Assembly (NCBI GenBank): GCA_963765575.1 | Contig: CAVXWZ010000002.1 | Location: forward strand, 448,001 to 512,000 | Reading direction: 5' to 3' | Length of the DNA: 64,000 bases | From: an uncultured cyanobacterium | Lineage (GTDB): Bacteria > Cyanobacteriota > Cyanobacteriia > PCC-6307 > Cyanobiaceae | Shown: piece after piece, positions 1-10,612 of the stretch | How positions within the stretch are numbered: the first letter of the stretch is position 1 | Layout of the letters: every line of letters starts with the position of its first letter | The notes under the pieces: model-generated | The model's input: the letters and a program-made list of their open reading frames with translations, nothing else | What the model was told of the DNA's origin: nothing | The model's database searches: none | Made by a program: the position numbers and the translations under genes

Positions 1-1197
1 GCCGGGGTGTTCCTGGTGGCGCGGCTGCAGCCGGTGTACGAACCCTTCGCCGCGGTACAGCTCACGGTTGCGGTGATCGGCACGATCACCCTGGTTCTGG
101 GGGCCTCGATCGCCCTCACCCAGATGGATCTCAAGAAGGGGCTGGCCTACAGCACGGTGAGCCAACTCGGCTACATGATGCTGGCCATGGGCTGCGGCGC
201 CCCGGTGGCCGGCATGTTCCACCTGGTGACCCACGCCTTCTTCAAGGCGATGCTCTTCCTGGGCTCCGGCTCGGTGATTCATGCCATGGAAGAGGTGGTG
301 GGCCATGAGCCGGTGCTGGCCCAGGACATGCGGCTGATGGGCGGCCTGCGCAAGTTCATGCCGGTGACCAGCATCACCTTCCTGATCGGCTGCGTGGCGA
401 TCGCCGGCATCCCGCCCCTGGCCGGCTTCTGGAGCAAAGACGAGATCCTCGGCCAGGCCTTCAACAGCTATCCCCTGCTCTGGGTGATGGGCTTCGTCAC
501 CGCCGGCCTGACGGCCTTTTACATGTTCCGGCTCTACTTCCTCACCTTCGAGGGCGAGTTCCGCGGCAACGACACGGACCTCCAGGCCGAGCTGCTCTCA
601 GCCGCCGGCGGGGGCTCCAGTGAGGGCGGGGATCATGGCCATGCCCACGCCGAGCATCCCCACGAATCCGGATGGCAAATGGCCCTGCCCCTGGCCGTGC
701 TGGCGGTGCCCTCGGCCCTGATCGGCCTGCTGGGCATCCCCTGGAACAGCCGTTTTGCTTCCCTCCTCGACCCCCACGAGGCCGCCGAGATGGCCGAGCA
801 CTTCAGCTGGGCGGAGTTTCTGCCCCTGGCGGGCCTGTCGGTGGCGATCTCGGTGACAGGGATCACCGTGGCGGTGCTGGCCTACGGGCTGCGCAAGCTT
901 GATCTGGCCACGGCCGTGGCCGGCCGCTTCCCCGCCCTGAACGCCTTCCTGGCCAACAAGTGGTACCTCGACCAGCTCAACGACAAGCTGTTCGTGCGGG
1001 GCAGCCGCAAGCTCGCCCGCTCGGTGCTTGAGGTGGATTCCAAGGTGGTGGACGGCGTGGTCAACCTCACCGGTCTGATGACCCTGGGCAGCGGTGAGGG
1101 CCTCAAGTATTTCGAGACCGGCCGGGCCCAGTTCTATGCGCTGATCGTGTTCGGGGGGGTGATCGCCCTGGTGGTGCTGTTCGGCTCCCTGGGCTGA
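1..1197 (+). CDS. ndhF1: NAD(P)H-quinone oxidoreductase subunit F (NdhF1), 5'-truncated by window
   Basis: DLKKGLAYSTVSQLGYM, HLVTHAFFKAMLFLGSGSVIH and C-terminal ETGRAQFY motifs; followed by ndhD. Confidence 0.95.
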   Translation, partial: AGVFLVARLQPVYEPFAAVQLTVAVIGTITLVLGASIALTQMDLKKGLAYSTVSQLGYMMLAMGCGAPVAGMFHLVTHAFFKAMLFLGSGSVIHAMEEVVGHEPVLAQDMRLMGGLRKFMPVTSITFLIGCVAIAGIPPLAGFWSKDEILGQAFNSYPLLWVMGFVTAGLTAFYMFRLYFLTFEGEFRGNDTDLQAELLSAAGGGSSEGGDHGHAHAEHPHESGWQMALPLAVLAVPSALIGLLGIPWNSRFASLLDPHEAAEMAEHFSWAEFLPLAGLSVAISVTGITVAVLAYGLRKLDLATAVAGRFPALNAFLANKWYLDQLNDKLFVRGSRKLARSVLEVDSKVVDGVVNLTGLMTLGSGEGLKYFETGRAQFYALIVFGGVIALVVLFGSLG

Positions 1198-1444
1198 GGG
1201 GGCTTCGGCGCCGCAACCGAGCAACACACCTGGCTCGCCAGCTCACCCCCTCGTGGCTGTCGCGGCGGGGGTGGCCAGGCCGACCAGCAACACCTGCCGG
1301 CCGTGAGTGGATCTCAGGCCGCGTTGGGTGCACAGCGCCAGGGATGGCCGGGCTCCAGTCACGGCCGGCCCACAACGGACTGTGTGCCTACCCCCACCGG
1401 CGATCGGGGCGGCGGGGAGGTATTTCTACACTCCTGCCAACAGA

Positions 1445-3058
1445 ATGCCCGACTTCGTGCCCTTCCCCTGGCTGAGCGCCGCGATCCTGTTCCCGATCGG
1501 AGCAGCACTGCTGATTCCCTTCGTCCCCGACAAGGGCGATGGCAAGCAGGTGCGCTGGTACGCCCTCGGCATCGCCCTCACCACCTTCCTGCTCACCGTG
1601 GGGGGCTACCTCAACGGCTATGACCCCGCGATTGAGGGGCTGCAGATGGTGGAGCGGATCGACTGGCTGCCCCAGCTGGGGCTGGCCTGGTCGGTGGGCG
1701 CCGACGGCCTGTCGATGCCGCTGATCCTGCTCACCAGCTTCATCACCTCCCTGGCGGCCCTGGCGGCCTGGCCGGTGACCTTCAAGCCGAAGCTCTTCTA
1801 CTTCCTGCTGCTGGCCATGGATGGCGGCCAGATCGCCGTGTTCGCGGTGCAGGACATGCTGTTGTTCTTCCTGGCCTGGGAGCTGGAGCTGATCCCGGTG
1901 TACCTGCTGCTGGCCATCTGGGGGGGCAAGAAGCGTCAGTACGCCGCCACCAAATTCATCCTCTACACCGCCGGCAGTTCGCTGTTCATCCTGCTGGCCG
2001 GCCTGGCGATGGCCTTCTATGGCGACAACATCAGCTTCGAATACACGGCCCTGATGGCCAAGGACTTCCCGGCGAAGTTCCAGCTGCTCTGTTACGCGGG
2101 TCTGCTGATCGCCTTCGGTGTCAAGTTACCGATCGTGCCGCTGCACACCTGGTTGCCGGACGCCCACGGCGAGGCCACCGCACCCGTGCACATGCTGCTG
2201 GCCGGCATCCTGCTGAAGATGGGCGGCTACGCCCTGCTGCGCTTCAACGTGCAGCTGCTGCCCCAGGCCCATGCCCAGTTCGCGCCCCTGCTGGTGGTGC
2301 TGGGGGTGGTGAACATCATCTATGCGGCGCTGACCTCCTTCGCCCAGCGCAACCTCAAGCGCAAGATCGCCTACAGCTCGATCAGCCACATGGGCTTCGT
2401 GCTGATCGGGGTGGGCAGCTTCAGCGCCCTGGGCACCAGCGGCGCCATGCTGCAGATGATCAGCCATGGCCTGATCGGCGCCAGCCTCTTCTTCCTGGTG
2501 GGCGCCACCTACGACCGCACCCACACCCTGCAGCTCGATGAGATGGGCGGCGTGGGCCAGAAAATGCGCAAGATGTTCGCCCTCTGGACCGTGTGCTCCC
2601 TGGCATCCCTGGCACTGCCGGGGATGAGCGGTTTCGTGAGTGAGTTGATGGTGTTTGTGGGTCTGGTCACCAGCGAGGCCTACACCCTCACCTTCCGGGT
2701 GGTGATCGCCAGCCTGGCTGCCATCGGCGTGATTCTCACGCCCATCTACCTGCTCTCGATGCTGCGCGAGATCTTTTTCGGCAAGGAGAATGTGGAGCTG
2801 GCCTCCCACTCCAACCTGGTGGATGCCGAACCCCGCGAGATCTATGTGATCACCTGCCTGCTGGTGCCGATCATCGGCATCGGGCTCTATCCGCGGATCA
2901 TGACCGACAGCTACCGGGCCTCGATCGAGGCGCTGGTGCGCCGCGAAACCTCAGCGATGGCGCTGGTGATGCCCACGCCAGCCGGCAGCCTGATCCGCCA
3001 GGCGGGGCTGCAGGCCGGCCTGGAGCCAGGCCTGCAGGCCCCGGCCCTGACGGGTTGA
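1445..3058 (+). CDS. ndhD1: NAD(P)H-quinone oxidoreductase subunit D (NdhD1)
   Basis: FPWLS start, [28 protein letters not shown] at 1445 in frame with ORF 1307..3058. Confidence 0.95.
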   Translation: MPDFVPFPWLSAAILFPIGAALLIPFVPDKGDGKQVRWYALGIALTTFLLTVGGYLNGYDPAIEGLQMVERIDWLPQLGLAWSVGADGLSMPLILLTSFITSLAALAAWPVTFKPKLFYFLLLAMDGGQIAVFAVQDMLLFFLAWELELIPVYLLLAIWGGKKRQYAATKFILYTAGSSLFILLAGLAMAFYGDNISFEYTALMAKDFPAKFQLLCYAGLLIAFGVKLPIVPLHTWLPDAHGEATAPVHMLLAGILLKMGGYALLRFNVQLLPQAHAQFAPLLVVLGVVNIIYAALTSFAQRNLKRKIAYSSISHMGFVLIGVGSFSALGTSGAMLQMISHGLIGASLFFLVGATYDRTHTLQLDEMGGVGQKMRKMFALWTVCSLASLALPGMSGFVSELMVFVGLVTSEAYTLTFRVVIASLAAIGVILTPIYLLSMLREIFFGKENVELASHSNLVDAEPREIYVITCLLVPIIGIGLYPRIMTDSYRASIEALVRRETSAMALVMPTPAGSLIRQAGLQAGLEPGLQAPALTG

Positions 3059-3134
3059 CCCCGGCCCTGAGGCGGTGATCGAGCTGACGGGCTGAGCAAC
3101 TGGTCTTACGCTCGCTGGCCGCAGCGACGACGTC

Positions 3135-3518
3135 ATGAAACAGCTGAATTTCCTGCTGATCTTCAGCTTCGGCCTGGCGATGGTGATGTTCACCCTCGAG
3201 AACACGGCCCCCACCACGGTTCATTTCCTGCCGGGCATGAAGAGCACCCTGCCGCTGGCGGCCCTGCTGCTGCTGGTGGGAGGGATCGGGGCCACGGCGG
3301 CCTGGGTGTTCGCCGTCTGGAGCGGCGTCACACGCACGGTGGAGACGACCCAGCGGCAGGGGGAAGCCGACGCCCAGGAGGTGCGCATCCAGGAACTGGA
3401 AAACGACCTGCAGCGCTACCGGGCCACGGTGGACGCCCAGCTGGGCCTGCTACCGGCCGCCGGCCAGAGCTCCGCCCAGGCCGCAGCGCTGGCCAGCGGC
3501 GAGCCCAGTGACGGCTGA
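3135..3518 (+). CDS. LapA-family (DUF1049) small membrane protein
   Basis: Two TM segments around FTLENT motif, then a coiled-coil tail. Confidence 0.75.
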   Translation: MKQLNFLLIFSFGLAMVMFTLENTAPTTVHFLPGMKSTLPLAALLLLVGGIGATAAWVFAVWSGVTRTVETTQRQGEADAQEVRIQELENDLQRYRATVDAQLGLLPAAGQSSAQAAALASGEPSDG

Positions 3519-3570
3519 GGGTGGCGACGGTTGAGGGCGGTGCTGGTCTCTCCGGCTCAAGATCGGTACG

Positions 3571-4527
3571 GTGAGCCCACCGCTGGCCGCAGGAGGAGTG
3601 ACGCAAGCAGGCGCCAGGCTGGCCATCCGACTGCTCCAGGACGCCGCCGAGCGGGGGGAGATCGACCCCTGGGATGTGGATGTGATTGCCGTGGTGGACG
3701 GCTTTCTCGATCAGCTGCGCCAGCGCATCACGGTGCCGCGGCTGGTGGCGGCGGCCCGGCCCGGCCGGGGGGGCAGCTACGAGCAGGAACTGGCCGACAC
3801 CAGCGAGGCCTTCCTGGCGGCGGCGGTGCTCGTGAGCCTCAAGGCCCAGCTGCTCGAGGCCAGCACCCTGCCGCCGGAACCCTTGGTGGAGCCGGACGAC
3901 TGGGCAGGAGATGCTGAAGAGGCCTGCTGGGGCCTCGACGCTGGCCCGGCCCTGCCGCGCCGGCCGGAGCGCCACCTGTGGCGGCGACCGGTGGCCCCAC
4001 CGCCACTGCAGCGGCCGGTGACCCTCGGGGAACTGATCCGCCAGCTGGAGGACATCGCCGAGCAGCTCGAAAGCGACGAGGGGCAGGGGCGGTCGCGGAA
4101 GCGGCGGCGGCGCTTCAGCGAGCGGGAGGCGATCGAGCAGGTGGCCACCCTGGCCCACCGCGAAAAACTGCCGGAAACCACCGCCGCCCTGAGCCGCTTC
4201 CTGCAGCACTGGAGCCCGGCCCAGGCCTGGGTGGGTTTCGACAGCCTGGTGGCGGCCTGGACTGATGCGGTGGCGAGCGGACCCGGGGAGGCTGATCTGG
4301 ACTGCGACCGGGTGGGCGTGTTCTGGGCCCTGCTGTTCCTCTGCCACCAGGGCTGCCTGGAGCTCCACCAGCGCGATGGCCTGTTCGGCCCCCTGGCCCT
4401 GCGGCGGCTCAGCCAGGGCAACCAGCTCAGCCAGGGCAACCAAGGGGAGCCGCCATTGCCGCTGGCCCTGGCGGCAACAGCGGCGCAGTCAGATGGGCTG
4501 CCGGCCGCGGCGCGGCTCGCCGCCTAG
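3571..4527 (+). CDS. scpA: Segregation and condensation protein A
   Basis: GEIDPWDVDVIAVVD, RPVTLGELI, RVGVFWALLFL. Confidence 0.9.
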   Translation: MSPPLAAGGVTQAGARLAIRLLQDAAERGEIDPWDVDVIAVVDGFLDQLRQRITVPRLVAAARPGRGGSYEQELADTSEAFLAAAVLVSLKAQLLEASTLPPEPLVEPDDWAGDAEEACWGLDAGPALPRRPERHLWRRPVAPPPLQRPVTLGELIRQLEDIAEQLESDEGQGRSRKRRRRFSEREAIEQVATLAHREKLPETTAALSRFLQHWSPAQAWVGFDSLVAAWTDAVASGPGEADLDCDRVGVFWALLFLCHQGCLELHQRDGLFGPLALRRLSQGNQLSQGNQGEPPLPLALAATAAQSDGLPAAARLAA

Positions 4528-4572
4528 AGCACGGCCTAGTCTTGGTCCTCGGAACCAAGCGAGCGCGTGCCG

Positions 4573-5754
4573 ATGAAGGCGATGATCCTGGCGGCCGGCA
4601 AGGGCACCCGGGTGCGACCCATCACGCACACGATCCCCAAACCGATGATCCCCATCCTGCAGAAGCCAGTGATGGAGTTTCTGCTGGAACTGCTGCGGCA
4701 GCACGGCTTCACCGAGGTGATGGTGAACGTGTCCCACCTGGCCGAGGAGATCGAGAACTACTTCCGGGACGGCCAGCGCTTCGGGGTGGAGATCGCCTAC
4801 AGCTTCGAGGGCCGCATTGAGGATGGCGAACTGATCGGTGCCGCCCTGGGCTCGGCCGGCGGACTCAAGAAGATCCAGAACTTCCAGCGCTTCTTCGATG
4901 ACACCTTCGTGGTGCTCTGCGGCGATGCCCTGATCGACCTCGACCTCACCGAGGCCCTGCGCCGTCACAAAGAGAAGGGGGCAATGGCCAGCCTGATCAC
5001 CAAGCGCGTGTCCCGCGAGCAGGTGAGCAGCTACGGCGTGGTCGTCACCGACGACAACGGACAGGTGCTCTCGTTCCAGGAGAAGCCGGCGATGGAGGAG
5101 GCCGGCAGCGACATGATCAACACGGGCATCTACATCTTCGAGCCCGAGGTGCTCGACTTCATCCCCAGCGGCGTGCCCTTCGACATCGGCTCCGACCTCT
5201 TTCCCCTGCTGGTGGACAGCGGCGCCCCTTTCTACGCCCTGCCGATGGAGTTCGAGTGGGTGGACATCGGCCGCGTGCCCGACTACTGGCAGGCCATCCG
5301 CAGTGTGCTGCTGGGTGAGGTGCGCCAGGTGCAGGTCCCCGGCAAGGAGGTGATGCCCGGCGTCTTCACCGGCCTCAACGTGGCGGCCAACTGGGACCGG
5401 ATCAAGGTGGAGGGCCCGGTGTATGTGGGCGGAATGACCCGCATTGAGGATGGCGTCACCATCATCGGCCCGGCGATGATCGGGCCCAGCTGTCAGATCT
5501 GCGAGGGCGCCACGATCGACAACTCGATCATCTTCGACTACTCACGCATCGGCCCCGGGGTGCGGCTGACGGAGAAGCTGGTGTTCGGCCGCTACTGCGT
5601 GGATCGCAACGGCGACCACTTCGACCTCCAGGAGGCTGCCCTCGACTGGCTGATCACCGACGCCCGCCGCCAGGACGTGATCGAGCCGTCGCCGCACCAG
5701 AAGGCCCTGGCCGAGCTGCTCGGCACCGACCTCAGCGTCAGCCAGGCGAGCTGA
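4573..5754 (+). CDS. cugP: NDP-sugar pyrophosphorylase (cyanobacterial UDP-glucose pyrophosphorylase CugP type)
   Basis: MKAMILAAGKGTRVRPIT..PKP nucleotidyltransferase motif plus C-terminal hexapeptide region. Confidence 0.85.
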   Translation: MKAMILAAGKGTRVRPITHTIPKPMIPILQKPVMEFLLELLRQHGFTEVMVNVSHLAEEIENYFRDGQRFGVEIAYSFEGRIEDGELIGAALGSAGGLKKIQNFQRFFDDTFVVLCGDALIDLDLTEALRRHKEKGAMASLITKRVSREQVSSYGVVVTDDNGQVLSFQEKPAMEEAGSDMINTGIYIFEPEVLDFIPSGVPFDIGSDLFPLLVDSGAPFYALPMEFEWVDIGRVPDYWQAIRSVLLGEVRQVQVPGKEVMPGVFTGLNVAANWDRIKVEGPVYVGGMTRIEDGVTIIGPAMIGPSCQICEGATIDNSIIFDYSRIGPGVRLTEKLVFGRYCVDRNGDHFDLQEAALDWLITDARRQDVIEPSPHQKALAELLGTDLSVSQAS

Positions 5755-6649
5755 GCAGGGGTTCAGCAACCCCGGCAGCCAGCCCGGCCTGCTGGAGGAT
5801 CAGGGGAATGCGCTCCTCGGCACGGATCGCCATCAGGTGCACGCCCTGGGCGATGCCGACGTAGTCAGCCACCTGCTCGGCGGCGATGGCGATGCCCTCA
5901 GCTGCCGGGTCCGGCGCCGCCGCCAGCCGGTCGATCACCGCCTGGGAGATGTTGGCGCCCGGCACCACCCGGTTGATGAAGGCCGCGTTGCGCGCGGATT
6001 TGAGCAGGAACACCCCAGCCAGCACCGGCAGGCCCAGGGGTGCGGCGATCTCCTCCACGAAGCGCCGCAGCGCCGCCCCATCGGAGACCATCTGGGTCTG
6101 CAGGAAGCGGGCGCCGGCCTGCTGCTTGCGCCGCACCCGGGCCCGCAGCCCCGCCCAGCTGGGGCACTGGGGGTCGGCGGCGGCACCGGCGAAGAAGGCC
6201 GTGCCGCCATCGGGCAGGCTGCCGTCCACCGGGTCGAGCCCGCGGTTGAGCTCGTCCACCAGCTGCAGCAGGCGCACCGACTCCAGCTCATGCACCGGCC
6301 TGGCCGTGGGTTGATCCCCGGCCCGCACCGGATCGCCGGTGAGGCAGAGCAGGTTGCGCAGGCCAAGGGCGTGGGCGCCGAGCAGGTCGGCCTGGAGGGC
6401 GATGCGGTTGCGATCGCGGCAGGCCATCTGCAGCACGGGCTCAAGGCCCTCCTCCCGCAGCAGCCGGCACACCGCCAGGCTGCTCATGCGCATCACGGCG
6501 CGGCTGCCATCGGTGACGTTGATGGCATGGACCCAACCGCGCAGCTGGCGCGCGGCGGCCAGGGTGCGCGCCGGATCTCCACCCCGGGGCGGGGTGACTT
6601 CAGCGGTGATCGCCGTGCGGCCCTCGGCCAGGGCCTGTTGGAGCAGCAA
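5738..6649 (-). CDS. metF: Methylenetetrahydrofolate reductase
   Basis: AEVTPPRG, INVTDGSRA, CRDRNRIALQADLLGA, FLQTQ; start uncertain (TTG 6649 or upstream to 6682). Confidence 0.9.
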   Translation of the reverse strand: MLLQQALAEGRTAITAEVTPPRGGDPARTLAAARQLRGWVHAINVTDGSRAVMRMSSLAVCRLLREEGLEPVLQMACRDRNRIALQADLLGAHALGLRNLLCLTGDPVRAGDQPTARPVHELESVRLLQLVDELNRGLDPVDGSLPDGGTAFFAGAAADPQCPSWAGLRARVRRKQQAGARFLQTQMVSDGAALRRFVEEIAAPLGLPVLAGVFLLKSARNAAFINRVVPGANISQAVIDRLAAAPDPAAEGIAIAAEQVADYVGIAQGVHLMAIRAEERIPLILQQAGLAAGVAEPLLSSPG

Positions 6650-6729
6650 GCCGGGCTTGGGCAGAGAGATCCCATCATGCACCGGTGCTCTCGCTGCCTA
6701 CAGTGGTTCGACTGGGCAGCGGCGCCGGC

Positions 6730-7068
6730 ATGGGTCGAGACTCTCACCAAAGAGCGCCGCAGGGTCAGCAGGCCGGCAACGGTGCCGTTCCGGAGCGCCA
6801 GCCTCCAGAGCGCCACCTGTCAGAGCGGGAGCTGGAGATCATCGCCCTGGTGGCCGAGGGCCTGACGAACCAGGAGATCGCCGACCAGCTGACGATCAGC
6901 AAGCGCACGGTGGACAACCACGTGAGCAACATCTTCACCAAGACCGGCTCAAAAAACCGCGTCGCCTTGCTGAACTGGGCCATGGACCACGGCAAGATCT
7001 GTCGCGATGGCGTCAACTGCTGCGCCCTGGAGCCCGATGCGTCGGCAACGGCGACGCGGCTGAGCTAG
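6730..7068 (+). CDS. pedR: LuxR-type HTH regulator, PedR-like
   Basis: LSERELEII..VAEGLTNQEIA..LTISKRTVDNHVSNI and C-terminal C..NCC cysteines. Confidence 0.8.
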   Translation: MGRDSHQRAPQGQQAGNGAVPERQPPERHLSERELEIIALVAEGLTNQEIADQLTISKRTVDNHVSNIFTKTGSKNRVALLNWAMDHGKICRDGVNCCALEPDASATATRLS

Positions 7069-7085
7069 AGCCCCAGGCCCGTTGA

Positions 7086-7124
7086 AACGCCGCACCCCTG
7101 GGAAGAACGCCGCACCCCTGGGAA
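7086..7124. repeat. Exact 19-bp direct repeat, 2 copies, period 20
   Basis: AACGCCGCACCCCTGGGAA at 7086-7104 and 7106-7124, between convergent genes. Confidence 0.9.
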
Positions 7125-7127
7125 CAC

Positions 7128-7295
7128 CTAGAGCGTGGCCGGCTCAGCGGCGGCCAGGTTGATCAGCCGCACCACCAGGGGCTCCAGGCTGTAGGCGGCC
7201 TCCTCGAGGCCGAACAGCTCGGCGTAGGCCAGGCAGTCGGCCCGGTCGCGGCCCGCGTAGCGGAGAACCCCTTGGCCGTCGTAGAGACCCAGCAA
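7128..7295 (-). CDS. Small hypothetical protein (55 aa), below ORF-track cutoff
   Basis: Manual translation MLGLYDGQGVLRYAGRDRADCLAYAELFGLEEAAYSLEPLVVRLINLAAAEPATL; host-like codon usage; starts 10 bp after the CYTH gene stop. Confidence 0.7.
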   Translation of the reverse strand: MLGLYDGQGVLRYAGRDRADCLAYAELFGLEEAAYSLEPLVVRLINLAAAEPATL

Positions 7296-7305
7296 GGCGA
7301 AATCT

Positions 7306-7932
7306 TCAGAAATTCTTTCGTTCAGATCCTAGGGCCTGGAGCAGCGGCTGACGCCGCTCCCCGGGCCAGCTGGCGAAGGGTTCGTGGGCCAGGGCGGCAT
7401 TGCTGAGCTGGTGGCGACCGGTGAGTTCGATGCCGCACCAATCGGGCACGGCCACGCACTGATCCGGCCGCTCCAGCTCCACCTCGGCCACCACCAGCGG
7501 CGCATTTGCCCCGGCGAAGACATCCACCACCCAGTCGCCACCAGCCAGGTCGAGCCCATGGCGGCGCTTGTTCAGCTGGCTCACCGTGAGCGCCAGCAGC
7601 GCCCTGGCATCGGTGGGGGGGATGGGGTACTCAAACTCCTGCCGCACCAGACCCGCCAGAGCCCCCGGCTCCATGGCCAGCGCCGAGGCCGGAGCGGGAG
7701 CGATGGCCGGGGCTGGAGCTTTCAGGGTGAGCCAGGCCCGCTCGTCGGCGCCAGCATCCAGCACTGCAGCGTCCAGCTCTGCGGCAGCGGCCTCGCGGCT
7801 GAGACGCACGCGCACGGTGAAGCCCCCGGGGGTGCTGGTGAGGTAGCCCTGAAGCAGATCCGCCTGCCAGGCCACGTGGCGCTGCCAACCCGCACCGATC
7901 ACCAGGAAGCGGCGCTCAATCTCCAGTCCCAT
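7306..7932 (-). CDS. CYTH domain protein (triphosphate tunnel metalloenzyme)
   Basis: EIERRFLV N-terminus, EFEYPIP, LVVAEVEL, SN motif. Confidence 0.9.
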   Translation of the reverse strand: MGLEIERRFLVIGAGWQRHVAWQADLLQGYLTSTPGGFTVRVRLSREAAAAELDAAVLDAGADERAWLTLKAPAPAIAPAPASALAMEPGALAGLVRQEFEYPIPPTDARALLALTVSQLNKRRHGLDLAGGDWVVDVFAGANAPLVVAEVELERPDQCVAVPDWCGIELTGRHQLSNAALAHEPFASWPGERRQPLLQALGSERKNF

Positions 7933-7951
7933 GGGCTCCCGCTGCGGCTGC

Positions 7952-8887
7952 CTAATTGTGCGACGGCTGGGCCGCCATCAGGCTGCCGGCCCAGTGCAGC
8001 TTGTGGGTGAGGGTGCGGTAATAGGAGGGACTCTGCTCCAGTTGCACCATCAGCGCGGGGTGCTCTGCGCGGCGGACCACCACGCGGTCACCGGGTTCGA
8101 CGCTGGTGGCGTGGGCACCGTCCTTCCAGAGCCTCACGCGACGGTTGCTCCCGCCCAGGGGCCAGAGCGTGAGTTCGGCCCGCGGCGGCACCACCAGGGC
8201 ACGGCTGGAGAGGCTGATCGGACAGATCGGATTGACCACGATGGCCTCGATCCCCGGATGCAGGATCGGCCCGCCCGCCGCCATCGCGTAGCCCGTGGAG
8301 CCGGTGGGGGTGGCGATGATCAGGCCATCGCCCCGGTATTGGTCCACCACCTCGCCATCGATCTCCAGCTCCAGCACACAGGTGGGTGGCAGATCTTCGG
8401 AGACAGGCCGCACGTAGAAGTCGTTGAGGGCCACATGGTGGTCGTGCAAATCGCCCTCCACGCCATCGCCACGATGGATGCAGGCCTGCAGCATCATGCG
8501 GCTCTGCAGGGCAAAGCGGTCCTGGCGCAGGCGCTGCCAGAGGCTCGGCTCAGCGCCGGTGGTGGGGCGCTCCAGCCGCAGCAGGCGGCGGTCGTGGGTG
8601 AGAAAGCCCAGGTTGCCGCCCACGTTGAAGCAGAGGATCGGCACCGCCAGCGGGGCCAGGTGGCGGGCGGCGCCGAGCACGGTGCCATCGCCACCGAGCA
8701 CCACCGCCAGGTCGGGACGCTGCTCTTCCGTGGCGAACAGGCCGGGGAAGGGGTCGGCGGCCGCACCCGACTGGGCGGTGACCACAGCCACGCCCTGGCG
8801 GCGCAGGTCGTCGGCACAGAGGCGCAGCTGCCGCTGGGCGGCCTGACTGCCGGCTCGGGCGATCAGCCAGACACGCTCCAGGCGCAT
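7952..8887 (-). CDS. nadK: NAD(+) kinase
   Basis: [26 protein letters not shown]. Confidence 0.93.
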   Translation of the reverse strand: MRLERVWLIARAGSQAAQRQLRLCADDLRRQGVAVVTAQSGAAADPFPGLFATEEQRPDLAVVLGGDGTVLGAARHLAPLAVPILCFNVGGNLGFLTHDRRLLRLERPTTGAEPSLWQRLRQDRFALQSRMMLQACIHRGDGVEGDLHDHHVALNDFYVRPVSEDLPPTCVLELEIDGEVVDQYRGDGLIIATPTGSTGYAMAAGGPILHPGIEAIVVNPICPISLSSRALVVPPRAELTLWPLGGSNRRVRLWKDGAHATSVEPGDRVVVRRAEHPALMVQLEQSPSYYRTLTHKLHWAGSLMAAQPSHN

Positions 8888-8894
8888 GGACGGG

Positions 8895-9224
8895 CTACCA
8901 GCGCAGCAGGTTGAAGCGCTCCATGTCCACCGTGTCGCGGTTGCGGTAGAGGGAGAGCAGGATCGCCAGGCCCACGGCGGCTTCGGCGGCGGCCACAGTG
9001 ATCACGAAGATCGCGAACACCTGACCGCGGATCAGCTGCCCGTCGAGGTAGCTGGAGAAGGCCATCAGGTTGATGTTGACGCCATTGAGCATCAGCTCGA
9101 TGCTCATCAGCACGCGCACGGCGTTGCGGCTGTTGATCAGGCCCCAGACACCGGTGCAGAACAGCAGCGCCGCCACCACCAGGAAGGCCTGCAGGGGGAT
9201 GGCGGAGGAGAGGGAGAGGTCCAT
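8895..9224 (-). CDS. ndhE: NDH-1 subunit E (NuoK)
   Basis: [26 protein letters not shown]. Confidence 0.96.
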   Translation of the reverse strand: MDLSLSSAIPLQAFLVVAALLFCTGVWGLINSRNAVRVLMSIELMLNGVNINLMAFSSYLDGQLIRGQVFAIFVITVAAAEAAVGLAILLSLYRNRDTVDMERFNLLRW

Positions 9225-9274
9225 CGAGGGTGGAGGCGGCGCTGGTGGGCTGGGCTGAGGTGGCGGGGCTGAAA

Positions 9275-9892
9275 TCAGCGGGGGCTGGGATCAGCGGGGG
9301 CTGCGGTCTCGAGCAGCAGGGGGGTGCGGGCCTTCTCGATCAGCCCCTGGTCCACAGCTTCACCGGTGCCGATGTCTTCGCTGAAGACGTCGCGGCGGGC
9401 CAGCACGATCGCACCGATCATGGACATCAGCAGCAGCACCGAGGCCAGCTCGAAGGGCAGCAGGTAGTCGGAGAAGAGGTGCTCACCGATGCGGATGGTG
9501 GCCTCCTCCCCCACCGGCTCGGGCCCAGTGCCCCAGGGGGTGGTGAAGGCGACGCGGATCAGCAGCGCGAACAGGCCGCCGCAGACCAGGCCCGAAAGCA
9601 CACGGCGCAGCGCCAGGCCGGGAATCGCCGCCAGGTCCTCACGCTTGTTCACGAGCATGATCGCGAACAGGATCAGCACATTCACCGCGCCCACGTAGAC
9701 CAGCACCTGGGCGGCGGCCACGAAGCTGGCGTTGAGCATCAGGTAGAGCCCCGCCACCGAAAGGAACACCCCGCCCAGCAGGAAGGCGGCATAGACCACA
9801 TTGGGCAGCAGCACCACGCCCAGGGCCCCGCCCACGACCGTGACCGCAAGGATGGCGAAACAGATCTGCTGGGTGGTGGAGGCGATCGTCAT
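9275..9892 (-). CDS. ndhG: NDH-1 subunit G (NuoJ)
   Basis: [32 protein letters not shown]. Confidence 0.96.
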   Translation of the reverse strand: MTIASTTQQICFAILAVTVVGGALGVVLLPNVVYAAFLLGGVFLSVAGLYLMLNASFVAAAQVLVYVGAVNVLILFAIMLVNKREDLAAIPGLALRRVLSGLVCGGLFALLIRVAFTTPWGTGPEPVGEEATIRIGEHLFSDYLLPFELASVLLLMSMIGAIVLARRDVFSEDIGTGEAVDQGLIEKARTPLLLETAAPADPSPR

Positions 9893-10500
9893 CAGCCCTT
9901 CTCCTCAGGGGTGGCGGACTTGGGCAGGGTCTCGAGCACCTGCTCGGGCAGTCTGCCCGCCCGGGGCTCGCTGTCCGGCACCCCGTGGGGATCGACGGCG
10001 CCCTTGGGCAGGTAGACCAGCTCACGCAGGGGCACCACCGCTGGATCGCTGGTGACGCTGGTGGGCAGGCGGCCCAGGGCCACGTTGTCGTAGTTGAGGC
10101 TGTGGCGATCGAAGGCGGCCAGCTCGTATTCCTCGGTCATCGACAGGCAGTTGGTGGGGCAGTACTCCACACAGTTGCCGCAGAAGATGCAGACCCCGAA
10201 GTCGATCGAATAATTGCGCAGCTCCTTCTTCTTGGTGGCTTTGTTCATCACCCAGTCGACCACCGGCAGGTTGATCGGGCAGACCCGCACGCAGACCTCG
10301 CAGGAGATGCACTTGTCGAGCTCGTAGTGGATGCGGCCGCGGTAGCGCTCCGAAGGGATGAGCTTCTCGTAGGGGTACTGCACCGTGACCGGACGGCGGC
10401 GCAGGTGGTCAAAGGTCACCGCCAGGCCCTGGCTCAGGTATTGGGCCGCACCAGCCGCGTCACGGGTGTAGTCGCCGACTTTCTTGAGGAATCCGAACAT
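9892..10500 (-). CDS. ndhI: NDH-1 subunit I
   Basis: TVQYPYEK and two CxxCxxCxxxCP 4Fe-4S motifs. Confidence 0.97.
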   Translation of the reverse strand: MFGFLKKVGDYTRDAAGAAQYLSQGLAVTFDHLRRRPVTVQYPYEKLIPSERYRGRIHYELDKCISCEVCVRVCPINLPVVDWVMNKATKKKELRNYSIDFGVCIFCGNCVEYCPTNCLSMTEEYELAAFDRHSLNYDNVALGRLPTSVTSDPAVVPLRELVYLPKGAVDPHGVPDSEPRAGRLPEQVLETLPKSATPEEKG

Positions 10501-10553
10501 GGCTGCTCAGGCGGTGATTGGGATCATGATGGCGCCCCTGGCGGGAACGCTGG

Positions 10554-10593
10554 CCGAAACGGGGACACAAGCCCACCGAAACGCGGACACAAG
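10554..10593. repeat. 18-bp direct repeat (1 mismatch), period 22, in ndhA-ndhI spacer
   Basis: CCGAAACGGGGACACAAG 10554-10571 and CCGAAACGCGGACACAAG 10576-10593. Confidence 0.85.
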
Positions 10594-10612
10594 GGCCCCG
10601 GCCCGCTCCGGC

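Noticed and set aside
4408..4443. LSQGNQ x2 repeat in scpA and PEGN repeat in the response regulator N-terminus
   Set aside because: In-frame duplications in low-complexity tails, likely neutral
7306..7932. CYTH protein as the cyclase for the cNMP-patatin
   Set aside because: It lies 31 kb away in a core operon, and most CYTH proteins are triphosphatases; no evidence of linkage
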